64,000 bases of DNA from Eledone cirrhosa (GCA_964016885.1 OZ024742.1:287370001-287434000), one strand, 5' to 3'. Counted from the first letter of the stretch, positions 14,583 to 30,562 are shown. Notes: generated by a model not told the origin, from the sequence alone. Translations and numbers: made by a program.

Positions 14583-14665
14583 GTATGTGGTTAACAGCTG
14601 AGAGAAAAGAGTACTCAATGCTTAAGTAGAGTTTTAATATTTATTTTTATTATGGCTAAATAGTG

Positions 14666-14720
14666 AGTCGTGTTACTCTGGAGTTTCGCCTGTTTATTAC
14701 AGGGTCATCAGACAAGTACT
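14666..14720 (-). ncRNA. Type I hammerhead ribozyme in a PLE pLTR
   Basis: Reverse complement: ttgt-CTGATGA-cCCTGT.aataa.ACAGG-c-GAAAC-tccaga-GTA-acac. Confidence 0.75.
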
Positions 14721-15078
14721 AACATTTCAATGGCAGACACACTATAAAGAGGACTTGAGGTGGAGGAAGGAGGGTTTTAATTGAGAAGGGGTGATTAAAA
14801 TAGGGCAGTGTGGGAGGTGGGGAGTTGTGTGGAAGAAGTTGATAAAGAGTAGCAGTGGGTGTAGCGATAGAAAATAGGAATTTAACTGGTCCGGTGAATG
14901 TGGGGGTAGGTGTATAGGGTGGTTAGTGAAAAATGTTGGTGGGACGGCAGGTTAAAGTGGTGGATCGAATATACATATGTCTACAATTATATGCTTACAC
15001 GCGAATATATCTGCACAGACACACATCTAAAACCACATATACAGGTGTTATATGTAAATTAATAAATATATAAATACA

Positions 15079-15176
<98 letters not shown>

Positions 15177-15189
15177 AACAAAAAAATAC

Positions 15190-15251
<62 letters not shown>

Positions 15252-15948
15252 ATATATAATGGCTGCAACAAACAGTGCTAAGAATATTGCAATCGCTTGT
15301 CAGATTACAGAAAATAGTGCACTTTTAGGCTACGGTCAGCCATACGAACCTGTAACACATCCCGAACAAGCAATGCCTGTGCTTTGAATGTTTTTTAAGT
15401 GGGGAAAGGCCTTGCACTCGGCCAATCCCACTCTCTGAGCATCGAAAACACTACCCAAAAAGGAGAACTGGTCAACATCATCGGATTCTTCTGAAGCCGC
15501 AGTTTTTTTTTCAGTTTCCCTCTCTTAGAAAGGTGTTATGACAACAACTAGGGGCCTTTCACCCAGGTGAAAAAAAAAGAAGAAAAGTACTATTTGGATG
15601 GCCATTGACTCTACCAATTTCCTCTGCCCTTTGCCGGGTCTTGTATTTTATCCCGCAGGGTGTCCAAATATCACCCTCCTCACCAAGCAAGCTTGGTGGG
15701 GTTGCCGGTTTAGTCGCCGACGACCCGACCATGAGACAGGTTGTACAGAACGACTTGACACACACACACATATATATATACATACATATATATATATAAA
15801 ATATGTAGGTTCCCAAATTGCGTCGGGGGTGGGTTAACTACAGTTAAAAAAGCTACTAAATAGTTGGTAGAGTATAAGCATCTTATCATCATATACAGAA
15901 ATGACTTCTACAGGACTAGAATTGTTTCATTCGTATGTAATCATCAAG

Positions 15949-16011
<63 letters not shown>

Positions 16012-16082
16012 GTGATGTTGACGAAGTTTAAATATTCTTTATTGTGGCTAAGGGGTGAATCTGGTTTACTCTGTGTACTCAT

Positions 16083-16139
16083 GAGTCTTGTCTGATGATC
16101 CTGTGAGTACATAGATGAAACTCTAGAGTAACATGACTC
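16083..16139 (+). ncRNA. Type I hammerhead ribozyme in a PLE pLTR
   Basis: gagtcttgt-CTGATGA-stem II-GAAAC-tctaga-GTA-acatgactc, with palindromic stem III ACTCTAGAGT. Confidence 0.8.
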
Positions 16140-16330
16140 GACACTTAGAGATAATAAAGAATACAGAATAAAGCACCAGTAATGCACTGGGGTCGATTTA
16201 ATCGACTTTTCCCTCCCCACCATATTTGTTGGACTTACTAAATCAGAAACCATTATTCTGCCTTGTGCCAAAAGTAGAAACAATTATTATTATATGTATA
16301 TATATAACATACATACATACACACGCACCC

Positions 16331-16369
<39 letters not shown>

Positions 16370-16577
16370 GATAAATCTACCAAAATAAACGGTAGTGTCC
16401 AATCCGTATGAAGAACTCAATGTAATCCAAATATAGAAGATATCATGAAAAGAGAAAATGCATTCAAAAATTAACGATAAAAATCATAGGAAAGCAGTCA
16501 AGATAAATTAATAAAAACAATGAAATAAAAACAATATAAGGAACCTGTTCTTTGTTTTTATTTCATTGTTTTTATTA

Positions 16578-16608
<31 letters not shown>

Positions 16609-16614
16609 CGTATA

Positions 16615-17200
16615 TGTAAATGGAAAAAATGAAACGAAATTTCATTTCTCACTCTTAGTACGGGTGTTACTTAAATATAAGTATGTATACGTAAATACAT
16701 ATATGTATACAGACGTACAGTAGTATGTGTATATATATACATACATGCACACATATATATATGTACGTATGGATTTACCGAGCATTTATTATAATGCTCG
16801 GTTTGTTTGTAAACAAACACACATCCCGAATTAACTCACTCGATATGCAAATTAGGCTGCTCAGGCGTTAATATGCATAAGGAAAGTATATACTTTCAGA
16901 CGTTCAATCATCTGGTAGGAAGGTATACGGTGCTGACGATAGCTAATAAGCTTGAAACTAGTACATCGTTCCTTTGTCAGTGTTGAACAAAAGGGCAACG
17001 ATGGTTGCTAAACATGTACGGCTTAATTCGGCATGTTTGTTTGTTTACAAACAAACCGAGCATTATAATAAATGTTCGGTAAATCCATACGTACATATAT
17101 ATATGTGTGCATATATGTATATATATACATACTACTGTACGTCTGTATACATATATGTATGTACGTATAAATACTTGTATTTACGTATATGTATATACAC
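16615..17200. mobile_element. Retrozyme-like fold-back element with HHR at 16928-16968 (+)
   Basis: Inverted arms about 16695-16833 and 17022-17160. cggtg-CTGACGA-tAGCT.aata.AGCT-t-GAAAC-ta-GTA-catcg. Confidence 0.75.
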
Positions 17201-17434
17201 ATAAATACATACACACAGATATATGAATATTCATGTGTGTGTGTATATTTGTAGGTATTTATACACACACACACATACACACACACGCACATACATATGT
17301 ACACACACACATATATATATATATATTTATTTCTGTTATTTTAATAAATATTTGCTCTACGGTTTTTATATATTTGATATATATTTATCCTTATCGAGCC
17401 CTCTTTGGATTTTAGTCTTCAAATTTATTATTAT

Positions 17435-17494
<60 letters not shown>

Positions 17495-17837
17495 ACGTGT
17501 GTGTGCATGTATGCGTATGTGAGTGTCTGTTCGTATACACACATATTTTAGCAATATATTTATTTATGGAATGTTCTAAAGGATGCTTAAGTACTTTATT
17601 TTATTTATAGACGCAAGCAACTGACACCGTTCCCTCTACTGTTTTGTAATTCGTGTAAATGTCTTTATCTGTGATTATGTGTGATTATGTGTGTGGCGGG
17701 TGGGTGGGTGTGTGGTGAGATAACTCACAAGTTTAACCGATCTATCACTCATTTTCTTTCTTCTAAAATTCATAAAATTGCGGGTAAATAACACACATAA
17801 GTTAAATACACAATATATATGTATGTATAAAAGTAAG

Positions 17838-17896
<59 letters not shown>

Positions 17897-17924
17897 AGAT
17901 ATGTATATATATATATATATATAT

Positions 17925-18495
17925 ACGTTATTCCGGGTTGAATCGGAGGTAACCACAGTAAGTAAGGTACTCAATACATAGCAGAGTATAAAAGTTTTAA
18001 TATTGATGAGATTCTACAGGACTAGAACTGTTTCATTCTTTAGAAATCATCAGGAATCTGGCTTTCCAAAAATAAATGTGGTATTTATAGCTCTTTTCAG
18101 GTGGTAGGAGAGGGTAGGGAGTGGGATGGGTGTAGGTCATTGGTTGATAGAAAAGGGAATTCATCAAAAGCTAATTCTTTAAAGCTATAATTTATATTTA
18201 GAGTAACAAAGGCAGAAAGAATTCTATAAACAAGTTCAGAATGGGTGCCACTCCTTATTTTTAAGTTTCTCTTAAGCTAACAATGCCTATATTTCAGGTG
18301 TCTATAAGATCGTTGGAGGTCAGTCATGGTTGATGGATTTAAAGAAAAGGGAAATTCTTTAAAAGCTAATTCTTTAAGGTTCTATTTAGAGTGACAAAGG
18401 CCGAGAGAATTCTATAGACCAGTTCAAAATATTGGGTGCCTATCATACCATTATCTTCAAGTTTCTCTTAAGCTATATTCCAGGTGTCGACAGAC
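17925..18495 (-). mobile_element. PLE 3' region/pLTR with degenerate HHR and an internal direct repeat of about 150-200 bp; relative at about 15820-15955
   Basis: Reverse complement CTGATGA-tttctaaagaat-GAAACA-GTT near 18025-18058. 18150-18305 resembles 18345-18490. Confidence 0.55.
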
Positions 18496-18518
18496 ACATT
18501 CACCCCCCCCCCATATAT

Positions 18519-18564
<46 letters not shown>

Positions 18565-18644
18565 ATATATATACATACACACATATACACATATATATAC
18601 ATATATATATATATATATGTGTATATATATACATACACACATAT

Positions 18645-18738
<94 letters not shown>

Positions 18739-18971
18739 TACATATATATATATATATACATACACACACACATATATATACATATATACACATATATATA
18801 TATATATATACATATATGTATATATATATATATACATATATATACACACATATACACACACACATATATATACACACATATACACACACATATATATATA
18901 TATACACATATATATATATACATATATATACATATATATACATATATATACATATATACACACATCTATAC

Positions 18972-19004
<33 letters not shown>

Positions 19005-19111
19005 TATACTTACATACATATACATATACACATATATACACAAACATACACATATACACATACACACATATACATAGATATATACAAATATTCATACATA
19101 TTTATATATAC

Positions 19112-19191
<80 letters not shown>

Positions 19192-19407
19192 TCACATATA
19201 CATATATATATACATATAAATATATATATATATACATATATTTACATATATCTATACATATATATATATATATATATATACATATATACACATACATATA
19301 CATACATATATATATACATATACACATATTCATACACATATATACATATATACACATACATATACATATATATATATATATATATATACATATATTTACA
19401 TATATCT

Positions 19408-19450
<43 letters not shown>

Positions 19451-19551
19451 TACACATACATACATATATATATACATATACACATATTCATACATATATA
19501 TACATATATACACATACATATACATATATATATATATATATATACATATAT

Positions 19552-19583
<32 letters not shown>

Positions 19584-19584
19584 C

Positions 19585-19840
19585 GCTCGGTATGCAAATG
19601 AGGCTACTCAGCCGATGTATACTTAAGAAAATACTATATATTTCCAACTGTTCAACAGACTGGCAGAGGTATACAGTCCTGATGAAGGGTAATGACCCAG
19701 AAACATGTTGATTGTTCTTCAAAACCAGTATTGAACAAACTGGTGACGGTCGGTCACCGACACGGCACAGCTTCTAATCATGTTTGTTTGTTTACAAACG
19801 AATGGAACATTATTATTATTGTTCGATATAACCCATACGT

Positions 19841-19883
<43 letters not shown>

Positions 19884-20000
19884 CAGTTATATATATATGT
19901 ATATTTATATATATATGTGCGTGTGTGTGTACGTATGCATTCTTACTTCTATGCATCAGCTGTGTTAGAGCGAGAAATAAAATTCTTATTTTATTTTTAT
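19585..20000 (+). mobile_element. Retrozyme-like monomer with HHR at 19673-19715
   Basis: acagtc-CTGATGA-aGGGT.aatg.ACCC-a-GAAAC-at-GTT-gattgt, then tgtttgtttgtttacaaac, and a 3' gcgag plus AT-rich hairpin and T-rich end. Confidence 0.7.
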
Positions 20001-20067
20001 GCATATATATATATATATATAACATAATGTAATAATAATATAATATATACAATATATTATAAAATAG

Positions 20068-20117
<50 letters not shown>

Positions 20118-20120
<3 letters not shown>

Positions 20121-20439
20121 AAAACAAGATGGCGTAGGACATAACAAAGGAGAGGCACAAAACAAAGAAAAGAATCCCCAGTCACTGAAGAGGTCACAGA
20201 ATGTGTGACGAAAGAACTTTGACAATATATGAACAACCGTCCGGTTATGGAACCAACCAACCAACCAACCGGAAATTTATAAATTCTTAAATTTATAAAT
20301 TTAATTTATAATAAATTGGAGTGAAAGTAACTGATGCGTGTGTTTCTTATTGGCAACATGACCCTCCCAAAGCATAACAATATCGGTTTCAACACACGTT
20401 TTCAGATAAAGAATCTTGCTAAACAAATTCAGAAACGAA

Positions 20440-20441
<2 letters not shown>
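20118..20441 (+). mobile_element. Solo pLTR of a PLE2-related family with HHR (20181-20223), in (TA)n
   Basis: gtca-CTGAAGA-gGTCACA.gaatg.TGTGAC-GAAAG-aa-CTT-tgac; matches 27310-27664. Confidence 0.85.
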
Positions 20442-20470
<29 letters not shown>

Positions 20471-20499
20471 TTATACTATTTTATAATATATATATATAT

Positions 20500-20682
20500 A
20501 ATTGTTTCTACGTAGGCACAAAGCCAGCAATTACCCAGTGCATTACTGGTACTTTATTTTATCGACCCCGTAAGGATGAAAGGCAAAGTTAACCTTGGCG
20601 GGATTTGAACTCAGAATGGCAAGGGCCGTAACTCTATGCGTCAAAGCATGGCGTCCGACCCTCTACCGATACTGCCAATCCA
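20500..20682 (-). mobile_element. tRNA-derived SINE family A (Meta-domain-like). Other copies at about 16165-16290, 24283-24420, 24908-25130, 31399-31555, 32270-32530, 35985-36120, 48975-49352 (two), 56797-57015 and 61328-61470
   Basis: ggattggcagtatcggtaga (A-box-like), gagttcaaatcc (B-box), ttgcctttcatccttacggggtcgataaaataaagtaccag. Confidence 0.85.
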
Positions 20683-20849
20683 ATATAATATTGAACTATT
20701 TTATAATATATTATAAATAATATATATATACATATATTATATTATATTATTATTACATTATATTATGTATGTATATATATATATATTAGATTATAAAATA
20801 GTATAATATATATACATATACATATATATATATACACGCAGACATATAT

Positions 20850-20891
<42 letters not shown>

Positions 20892-20946
20892 AAACGAAAA
20901 TAAGAATTTTATTTCTCGCTCTAGCACAGCTGATGCATAGATGTAT

Positions 20947-20978
<32 letters not shown>

Positions 20979-21423
20979 CTACACACATACATATATATAT
21001 AATATAATATCTATATATAATATAATAATTTTTTGTCTTTCAACCAATATATTATTCTATGAATATCTTGAATATCATTATAAACAGTGCCTAACTTTAC
21101 TTCAGAAAGTGAATGGAGAAAGCGATTTAGAGATTATAATAGATTAAAAATTGAAATTTGAAGAATGTATATTGGAAAGATGCAATGTTAGTTATATTAA
21201 AAACCTTCAAATCTTTAAGCGCGGAAACATGCATAGCCCTTCGCAAATTTATGAGAAATAAGGGTCCCGAGAGAAAATTTGCAAGGCACAACAAAACTGT
21301 TTTCAGGCCATATTAGGATGATAGCGGGCACTCCATTCAAAATTCATTTGAAATAAGGGTGGGGCGCATCAGATATTCCAAGACTTATTATGGTTCTCTG
21401 GATTCCCGGATTGTTGTATCGGC

Positions 21424-21873
21424 TACTCTCGGGTCTCGAATAATCGTCCCACCCCGCTTATTAATTTTTCAGATTTCCAACCCCCGCTTAGTGAATTGTG
21501 TTAGCTCCGGCGAAATTTTATTTTAAGTGGTAGTATATCTGCGACAATCAATTTTCCATGTACATTAAAAAACATTATACATTACAAATAAAGAACATTA
21601 CTAGAAATCCCATATGTTATAAAATAAATAGGGTGGGTTGTTGTCTCAATATGTAAACTAAACGATTAATTTTGGTTTTTAAAAAAAAAATCAACGGAGA
21701 CAACCTAGAAAAATTACCGATTTTCCAACCACCCCGCTTATTCCAGCCCTCACTTAGTCCACCCCCGCTTATTCTAACCCCTGCTCAGTTCACCCGAACT
21801 TATTCCAACCCCTGCTTACTCCACCCGCTTATTCCAACCCCTTCTTAGTCCACTATTATTTGGGACTTGAGAG
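21424..21873 (+). mobile_element. MITE (TA-flanked, Tc1/mariner/pogo-like); second copy at 59572-59949
   Basis: Imperfect TIRs tactctcgggtctcgaataat / attatttgggacttgagagta, internal similarity between copies, and subterminal cttattccaaccc repeats. Confidence 0.75.
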
Positions 21874-22603
21874 TAATAGTATCTTACCATTAGGTCTTAT
21901 AGACCTAATGGTAAGATACTATTTAAATGATTTAATTCCAGTCAGGAGCTCCAGCAATAAAGGACTTAGGAAAAATTGAATTGGTATAAAGAAAGTCACT
22001 AAACAACTGTCTAAATTGAAAAACCTGACATATTTTGAAATGTTGAGAAACTCCCTCAAATTACCAAGCTCGACATACAGATGAGTCAGACGGATATAAT
22101 ATAAAATAATAAATAGACAGTAGTAAGGGGTTTTACGTAATCTATATTCACATATTGCAGACCTTCCAGCCTTTAAAAACCCTAACAGGGAGTACCATGA
22201 AAAAAGGTGCCTCAAAACGGGGAGAAATGAGGCAAAATGGGGAGATTTTAGATAATACCCATTTTTAGCTATACCTATTTTTACAAGAGAAGACATCTCT
22301 CGCCCACCCTAAAGTGGGTGGGAGATCTCCCCGTCAGACGGGGAGAGTTGACAGGTCTAATATGGAGTGGGACCGCAGTTAAATATTGAACAAAGAGACA
22401 TTGTAAAAATATTATAACCGAGAACATGAAATACAAACTGAAGGGACAATAAAAACATGGAATAGAATGACAGGAGTGGCAGGTAGCAGCTGATTACATA
22501 ATATGATATATTTTAAAATCGGTTGCTCAAACACTGGGCGCAATTAAATGTATAATATGATAATCTTAAAGTGCACATATTTTGGTGTATCAACCACCAA
22601 AGA

Positions 22604-22972
22604 CGAATATACCCGAACGTCAGTAATACTGTATAGAAATTGCCGAATATACCCGAACGTCAGTAATACTCCATATACATTTCCGAATACCCCCGAACGT
22701 CAGTAATATTGTATAGAAATTTCCGAACACCCCCGAACGTCAGTAATACTGTATAGAAATTGCCGAATATTCCCGAACGTCAGTAATACTGTATAAAGAT
22801 TCACGAATACCCCCGAATGTCAGTACTACTGTATAGAGATTCACGAATACCCACGAACCTCAGTAATACTGTATAGAAATTCACGAATACCCCCGAACGT
22901 CAGTAATACTATATTCACGAATATACCCGAACTGGAGTAATACTGGATAGAGATTCACGAATATACCCGAAC
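22604..22972. repeat. 40-bp minisatellite (cgaatatacccgaacgtcagtaatactgtatagaaattgc), about 9 copies
   Basis: Period of 40 from 22604 to 22884, with degenerate final units. Confidence 0.9.
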
Positions 22973-23379
22973 AAGAGAAATATGAGTTTAGTAACGTCAT
23001 ATGTCTGGGTTTTACTCCTACACACACTTGCTCCAACCGACAAACGTAGGTGAATAGAAATATAAAGACTCGCGCGAAGATATTGTATCAGCTGGTATAG
23101 TATAAAGTAATTTATAAAATCGATATATATTTTTGCCCCAGGAAAAATAACCAGTTTAGGTTAAAAATCTACGATTGATTGCTACCACGTATTTATATGT
23201 TTGCTTGGCTGTTTGTTTGTGTGTGTGTGGCTGACTGGTGAAGAAGTTCGCTTTCCAGTCATGAGATACCGGGTTCGACACTACTGCTGGAGCAGTGGCC
23301 AAGGTCTGGAGTTGACTCAAGTTTTGTGATTGAAATTGAATAGATGGAAAGTTCCCGAAAACTAATCGGATGGCTTTCT

Positions 23380-23800
23380 TCACAGTTGTATAAATAACAT
23401 TACAAATATTGATGGAAATATGGGGGGAAAAAGATAAAAACAAAACCAAGCAACGAACAGAGGGTGGGTGGGTAAAGAAGGGCAGATCTGGCTGTATAGG
23501 AAAGGAAAATAGATGAATGAACAATAAATGCCATAAATAAGAGGAAATGGGGGGGGGGAGCAAGGACTACTAGCTACGGAAGAAGGGGAGTAGGAAAACA
23601 GAGAAGGTGATTGGCTCTATGCCTAGAGCTGGGTAGTGTTTCGGCTGCAACCCGCGGACAATACTGCAAAGGCATTTCCGCAGACAATGACCAGCGACAT
23701 CCGCTGCAACAGCCACCCCACCTCTCTAGGCTCCTTATTCAGTAAAGGCTGCCTCTAAAGAAGTCTAGTCTTTGTGGGTTTGAGAAAATTAGCAAATCAG
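23380..23800 (-). pseudogene. CRE-like (RLE) non-LTR retrotransposon 3' end
   Basis: Reverse complement translates EPREVGWLLQRMSLVIVCGNAFAVL, resembling the CRE C-terminal QRxSxAxxRGNA motif. Confidence 0.6.
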
Positions 23801-23829
23801 TGACAGGTGCAAATAAGATCACCAAAAAG

Positions 23830-24185
23830 TGCACCACGCCAAGCTTCTTTCACCCACAGCATTTAAAAGCTGAAGCAGAAACTGCTCAGCTGAACAAGTT
23901 CTACATTGTTTCAATGTCCTCAGTTTTCTCAGGGAGTTCTCTGAATTTGGATACAATAGTGTCTACATACCTGGTCCTGACTTTCTTATCCACCAACGCT
24001 TCCCACTTTATCTTGTTGGTCACCCTGGACCTGCCAGTTTTGTGGGCTTATTTGGCTTCAGGTAGTCTCAAGCTGTAGATAAATAGATGATGACCAGTTG
24101 ACAGCTCAGCCCCTCTCTTAACACAAATATCCAGTACTGAATCGAAGAGATCAGAGGCAATAACAAAATCAATTATTGATCTCTG
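23830..24185 (-). pseudogene. RTE (Expander/Rex3-like) LINE fragment, end of the AP endonuclease domain
   Basis: Reverse complement translates SIIDFVIASDLFDSVLDICVKRGAELSTGHHL...IKWEAL, with stops. Confidence 0.75.
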
Positions 24186-25593
24186 TACATTGACGTTCCG
24201 ATTTTGCGGAGGATCTCGGCTGTAAGGGGTCCGATGTAAGTATGCATGTGTGCATGTATGTATGCATGTATGTATGTCTGAAGGTAGTGAAATGCCAGAA
24301 TTATTAGAACGTCAGATAGAATGTGTTGAAGTATTTTCCCGGCTCTCCGCCCCCTGAGTTCAAATTCTACCGAAGTCAACTTTGATTTTCATCATTTCAA
24401 GATCAATAAATAAAGAACCAATTCAATACATACACACACACACTCCCTCTCTCACAAATGCCCTTCTGTCGCCCCCATACTCACTCTCGCTCTCAGAACA
24501 CTCAACTCCCCCTCTTTCTTTCTGTCTCTCACGCACACTTCACTCTTCTCACTCTTTCACACACACTACCTTCTCTATCACGCACACCCCTCTCTATCAC
24601 ACACTTCCTTCTCTCTCTCACTCTCTCTCTCTGTGTGTCTCTCTCTCTCTGTCTCTCTCTCTCAACCAAATGGTGTATTCAGTACTTAAATATGGCAGTT
24701 AACTCTCTATACCCTCAACGATTCAAGCTATATTAAAGTGCCATGTTTCATGTATGCAAATTTATCACATTTTTTATTGTTTTCAAGTAGCAATAAACTC
24801 TGCCACATTTAGCCCTTATTGATTATAGATTATTGAATTCGATCAGAAGAAAAGATGCAACATAAAAATACCATTAAAAATCCTCATTTTAATATATGTT
24901 TCAGAAAGCGTGGTGGATTGGCAGAATTGGTAGAGCGTCGGATAACATGATAATGCGGTATTTGTTCTGTCTCTTTACATGCTGAGTTCAAATCTCACCG
25001 AGGTGAACTTTGCCTTTCATCCTTCCGTGGTTGATAAAATAAAGTACCAGTTACGTACTGGGGTTGATTTAGGCAACTTTGTCCTTTCTCCAAATTTGCT
25101 GGCTTTGTGCATAAATTAGAATTCGATATTATAAGTTGCACTGAAAGAGGAAAAAAAAAGGAGACGGGCCCCTTTCTTTTATAAATGATAATGGGTTTGT
25201 CTTTACGAGATACAACGCCTGAGCAGGAAGTTTTTATAGAAGACCAGAATTCCCCTGTGCACACAATTCATTCCTTACCGTGACATCGTTGTTCAAGGGA
25301 AAGGCAAAGGTCAATACATCTTCGCCCCAGTGTTACCAAAACACATTTTTTCCAGCCGAGTGGACTGAATCAGCATACTCAAGGACCCACGCAGTGCTCT
25401 GTAAGAAAATCGAACTCATGACCTTAGGACCATGAGCCCAGCGCCTTAAACACTTAGCCACTTGCCTTCACATATATTTCCAACTGAGTGGACTGAAGCA
25501 GCCTGAAATAAAGAGCCTTGCTCAAGGATACACCGCACTGCTCTGTCTGGAAAACGAACTCACGACTTTACGATCATGAGCCCAGCACCATTA

Positions 25594-27696
<2,103 letters not shown>

Positions 27697-28667
27697 TAAA
27701 ATAACAGATTAAAGTTTAAGCAAAGAATCGCTGCTTTCACCCTTAACGGGATCTTCTGAAACTAACAAAGTCAATCTGTAAACGCAGAAGTGGATATTTC
27801 AAAAAACGTTGCAACCGGAGGAAGACAGGAAGACGATACTTTGGTTCGTGGAAACGTTCCCTGGCAAAGAACGGGAAAACACGAATATAATACGTCATTA
27901 ATAGGAGCGGTGAAAAACAATTACACGCAAAGACAGGACCACGTCTATGGTATAAAAGAAGTCGTAGACTAATGTTCTCTTAGGTGGTTCATAGAGACGT
28001 TCTCTGGCAATGAACGGAAAAAGCGAAGATAATACGTCATATGTGGAGCGTGGAGAACAATTGCACGCAAAGACAAATGGTATAGCTAACTAGGAAACCG
28101 AATGATTCTCCGCTTCAGAGTTAAGAATAAAGTAAATAAAATACAATAAAAAGGTAATTGAAATTAAATAAATACATACACGCGTCCAAATACGTACATA
28201 CACAAGCATACGCGAAAACACTCGCTATAGGTATACAAAACCACGTACATATAAATATGTGTGTGTGTGTGTGCGTGTATACAAATAAATAAATAATTAA
28301 ATAAACGTATATAAATAAATACGTATATAACAAGCGCACACACATACCTACATGTAAATACCCAAATGTTCGGAGACGTACGTCAACCAAAACATGTAGT
28401 ACACATACACACACCCAGCATACGTACGAACCCGCATACTCACACAGACGCAAAACTCCCGTATACACATAACCAAAAGCATATGTACCAGAATATATAA
28501 AAATATACGCCATAACATATACAATCAAATATACGTACGAGAAAGTATACGTACCTTCACAAAACATACAGGTAATATATACTTACCTATGCAAATAAGT
28601 AATGGTATAAACATAACATATACTTAGCTACCACATCAAGACGTAAAATATCCACGTATAGATCGTA

Positions 28668-30470
28668 CTATCCGTTAGGGTATAATGTGGTGCTGTAATA
28701 CAGGGTTTTGTGCAATTTATGTTTACAAGCCGAAATTGCCTCAGATTTTTTGTTTAAGATGTGGTCAGTGGTGTAGAGTATTTCCAGGGCCTCAGCGGCG
28801 CAGAGGTCACATGGTCTTTTATTTCCGTTATACGATCTAGCCCTAGCTAGGATCTCCCAGTGTAACTTATATTGTGTGTGGTTGTCTTTTAGACTCCAGA
28901 TATAAGCTGAAAGTGATGTCATATTCCTTCTTAGAGGGTAACGAAAAAAATGGGTATGCATGTAAAGACGCTGTTTGAATCTCTTGGAGGTTAACCCTAT
29001 GTAGGCCCTACGGAACGTGGGTGTTTCAACCTTACATTTGTAGACAATGTTACTAGAGAGGCATTTCCCGGATAGGGAGCAATCAACCCGATTCCTACAA
29101 TTACAGTTAGTACTAACTACAGGGTTGCACGTGTTCCTACGGCTAGGTAGTTTAGCTAAATTTGAAGCAGTGATGTTATGTGCAAGGTTAGGAGTCGTAG
29201 AGTAAGAAATTTTAATAGTATTTCTATTAAAAATTTTACTATATTTATGTGTAGGGGGAAAATGCTTCGTAATAAGGGATAGAAAGATCTTAGCTAATGG
29301 TGTGGCCACCTCCATATTATATGGTGGGTTATACCATATAATGCGACGGGATCTATTTCTTCTAGGTCTATTCTCGTACTCTGTATATGCTACCTTATCG
29401 ACAAATCCACTGCGAGCAAGAGCTTCATTGTAATACGTGGAATGGTCGTTGAAAATATGCTCGTTAGTAGATAGACGGGAAAGCCTCAACGAAACGTTTC
29501 TTACCAGGTTCTTGGTTATGCTGGCAGGATGGTTGGAATGCTTACTTATGTAATTAAGCGTATCATTCGGCTTTCTATACGGGTAATACAAGCCATTCGA
29601 TAAATTGAGGGTAACGTCGAGGTAATTAACGACCGAGAGGTTGGCTTCAACCTGTATAGAGAGGTTGAAGCCTTTAAAGAAGGCTGTGAGTTCTTTTCTG
29701 AACCTGTCGCAAGCACGAGGGCCGCACTTAGTCATGGTCAAAATACCATAATCACGGTACAAACCACCGCCCGCGTTGGGGAATTCGTCCTTGATAGAGA
29801 AAAGAAGGAAAAGGCCGATAAGATCAGTAACCTCCGAAGAATCGCTGGCGCCCATACTCACGTCGAATGGGGTACTATTGGATTTTTTAATCCAAATAGA
29901 GTCATCGAAATTAATCACCAACTTACGGGCATTGAGGATGACATCAACTTCGAAATCCTTAACCACTGTGAGTGTTTTAGCGAAATTGATAGCTCTAAGG
30001 AGAAGTGGTAAAGTGATGGAGGAGTAGAAATTATTGATGTCGAATTGGATAAAACGGCAATGTTCCTTGTTACATATGCCGTTGAACCAATCAATCACCG
30101 CGAAAGAATTGTTCCACAGTGCAAGAGGGGCCAAACTTCTAATTTCAGGTATAATTCTATCAAGAATCCTTTTACTAAGTCTACCTAAATCGGACTTCGT
30201 AGGGTTAATAAGCTGAATAGAGGGGTTGTTCGGAAAATTGGATTTGTGATCCTTCAGGGTAAAGTGGGGAGAGATAGGGTCCAGAGGTTCGGTCCGGTCC
30301 AGGATGTTGAGATCAGAGGTGATTTTAAACCCAGCATCGTTGATTTCATTGATGACGCACCGATTAGTTTTACGGTAATCCTTAGTTACAGCATTATGTA
30401 GCAGTTGATGGTAAGTACTGCGCTCCACTTGATATAGATTGCCAGTTTTGTCGAAGTGGACGTGCACGGC
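28668..30470 (-). mobile_element. Penelope-like element 4: 599-aa 5'-truncated RT plus GIY-YIG (YRDD / CNC..CPL type, possibly Nematis-like); 3' region and pLTR extend to about 27690
   Basis: DKTGNLY, TLKDHK, LINPTKS, QFDINNFYSSI, MGASDS, LYRDYG (second catalytic Asp changed to Tyr), NYLDV, CNCRNRVDCSLSGKC, IVYKC..YIGLTSKRFKQR. Confidence 0.95.
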
Positions 30471-30501
30471 ATTAGAATCCTTTTATTATTACTACTAGTA
30501 C

Positions 30502-30562
<61 letters not shown>

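Noticed and set aside
18457-19722. Long [16 protein letters not shown] ORFs here and throughout the window
   Set aside because: They are stop-free translations of microsatellites.
22604-22972. CRISPR-like array
   Set aside because: The variable parts are mutual homologues rather than unique spacers, the context is eukaryotic and there are no cas genes.
28668-30467. PLE4 as an active autonomous element or a Naiad-type PLE
   Set aside because: It is 5'-truncated, YRDD reads YRDY, and the endonuclease is C-terminal rather than N-terminal.
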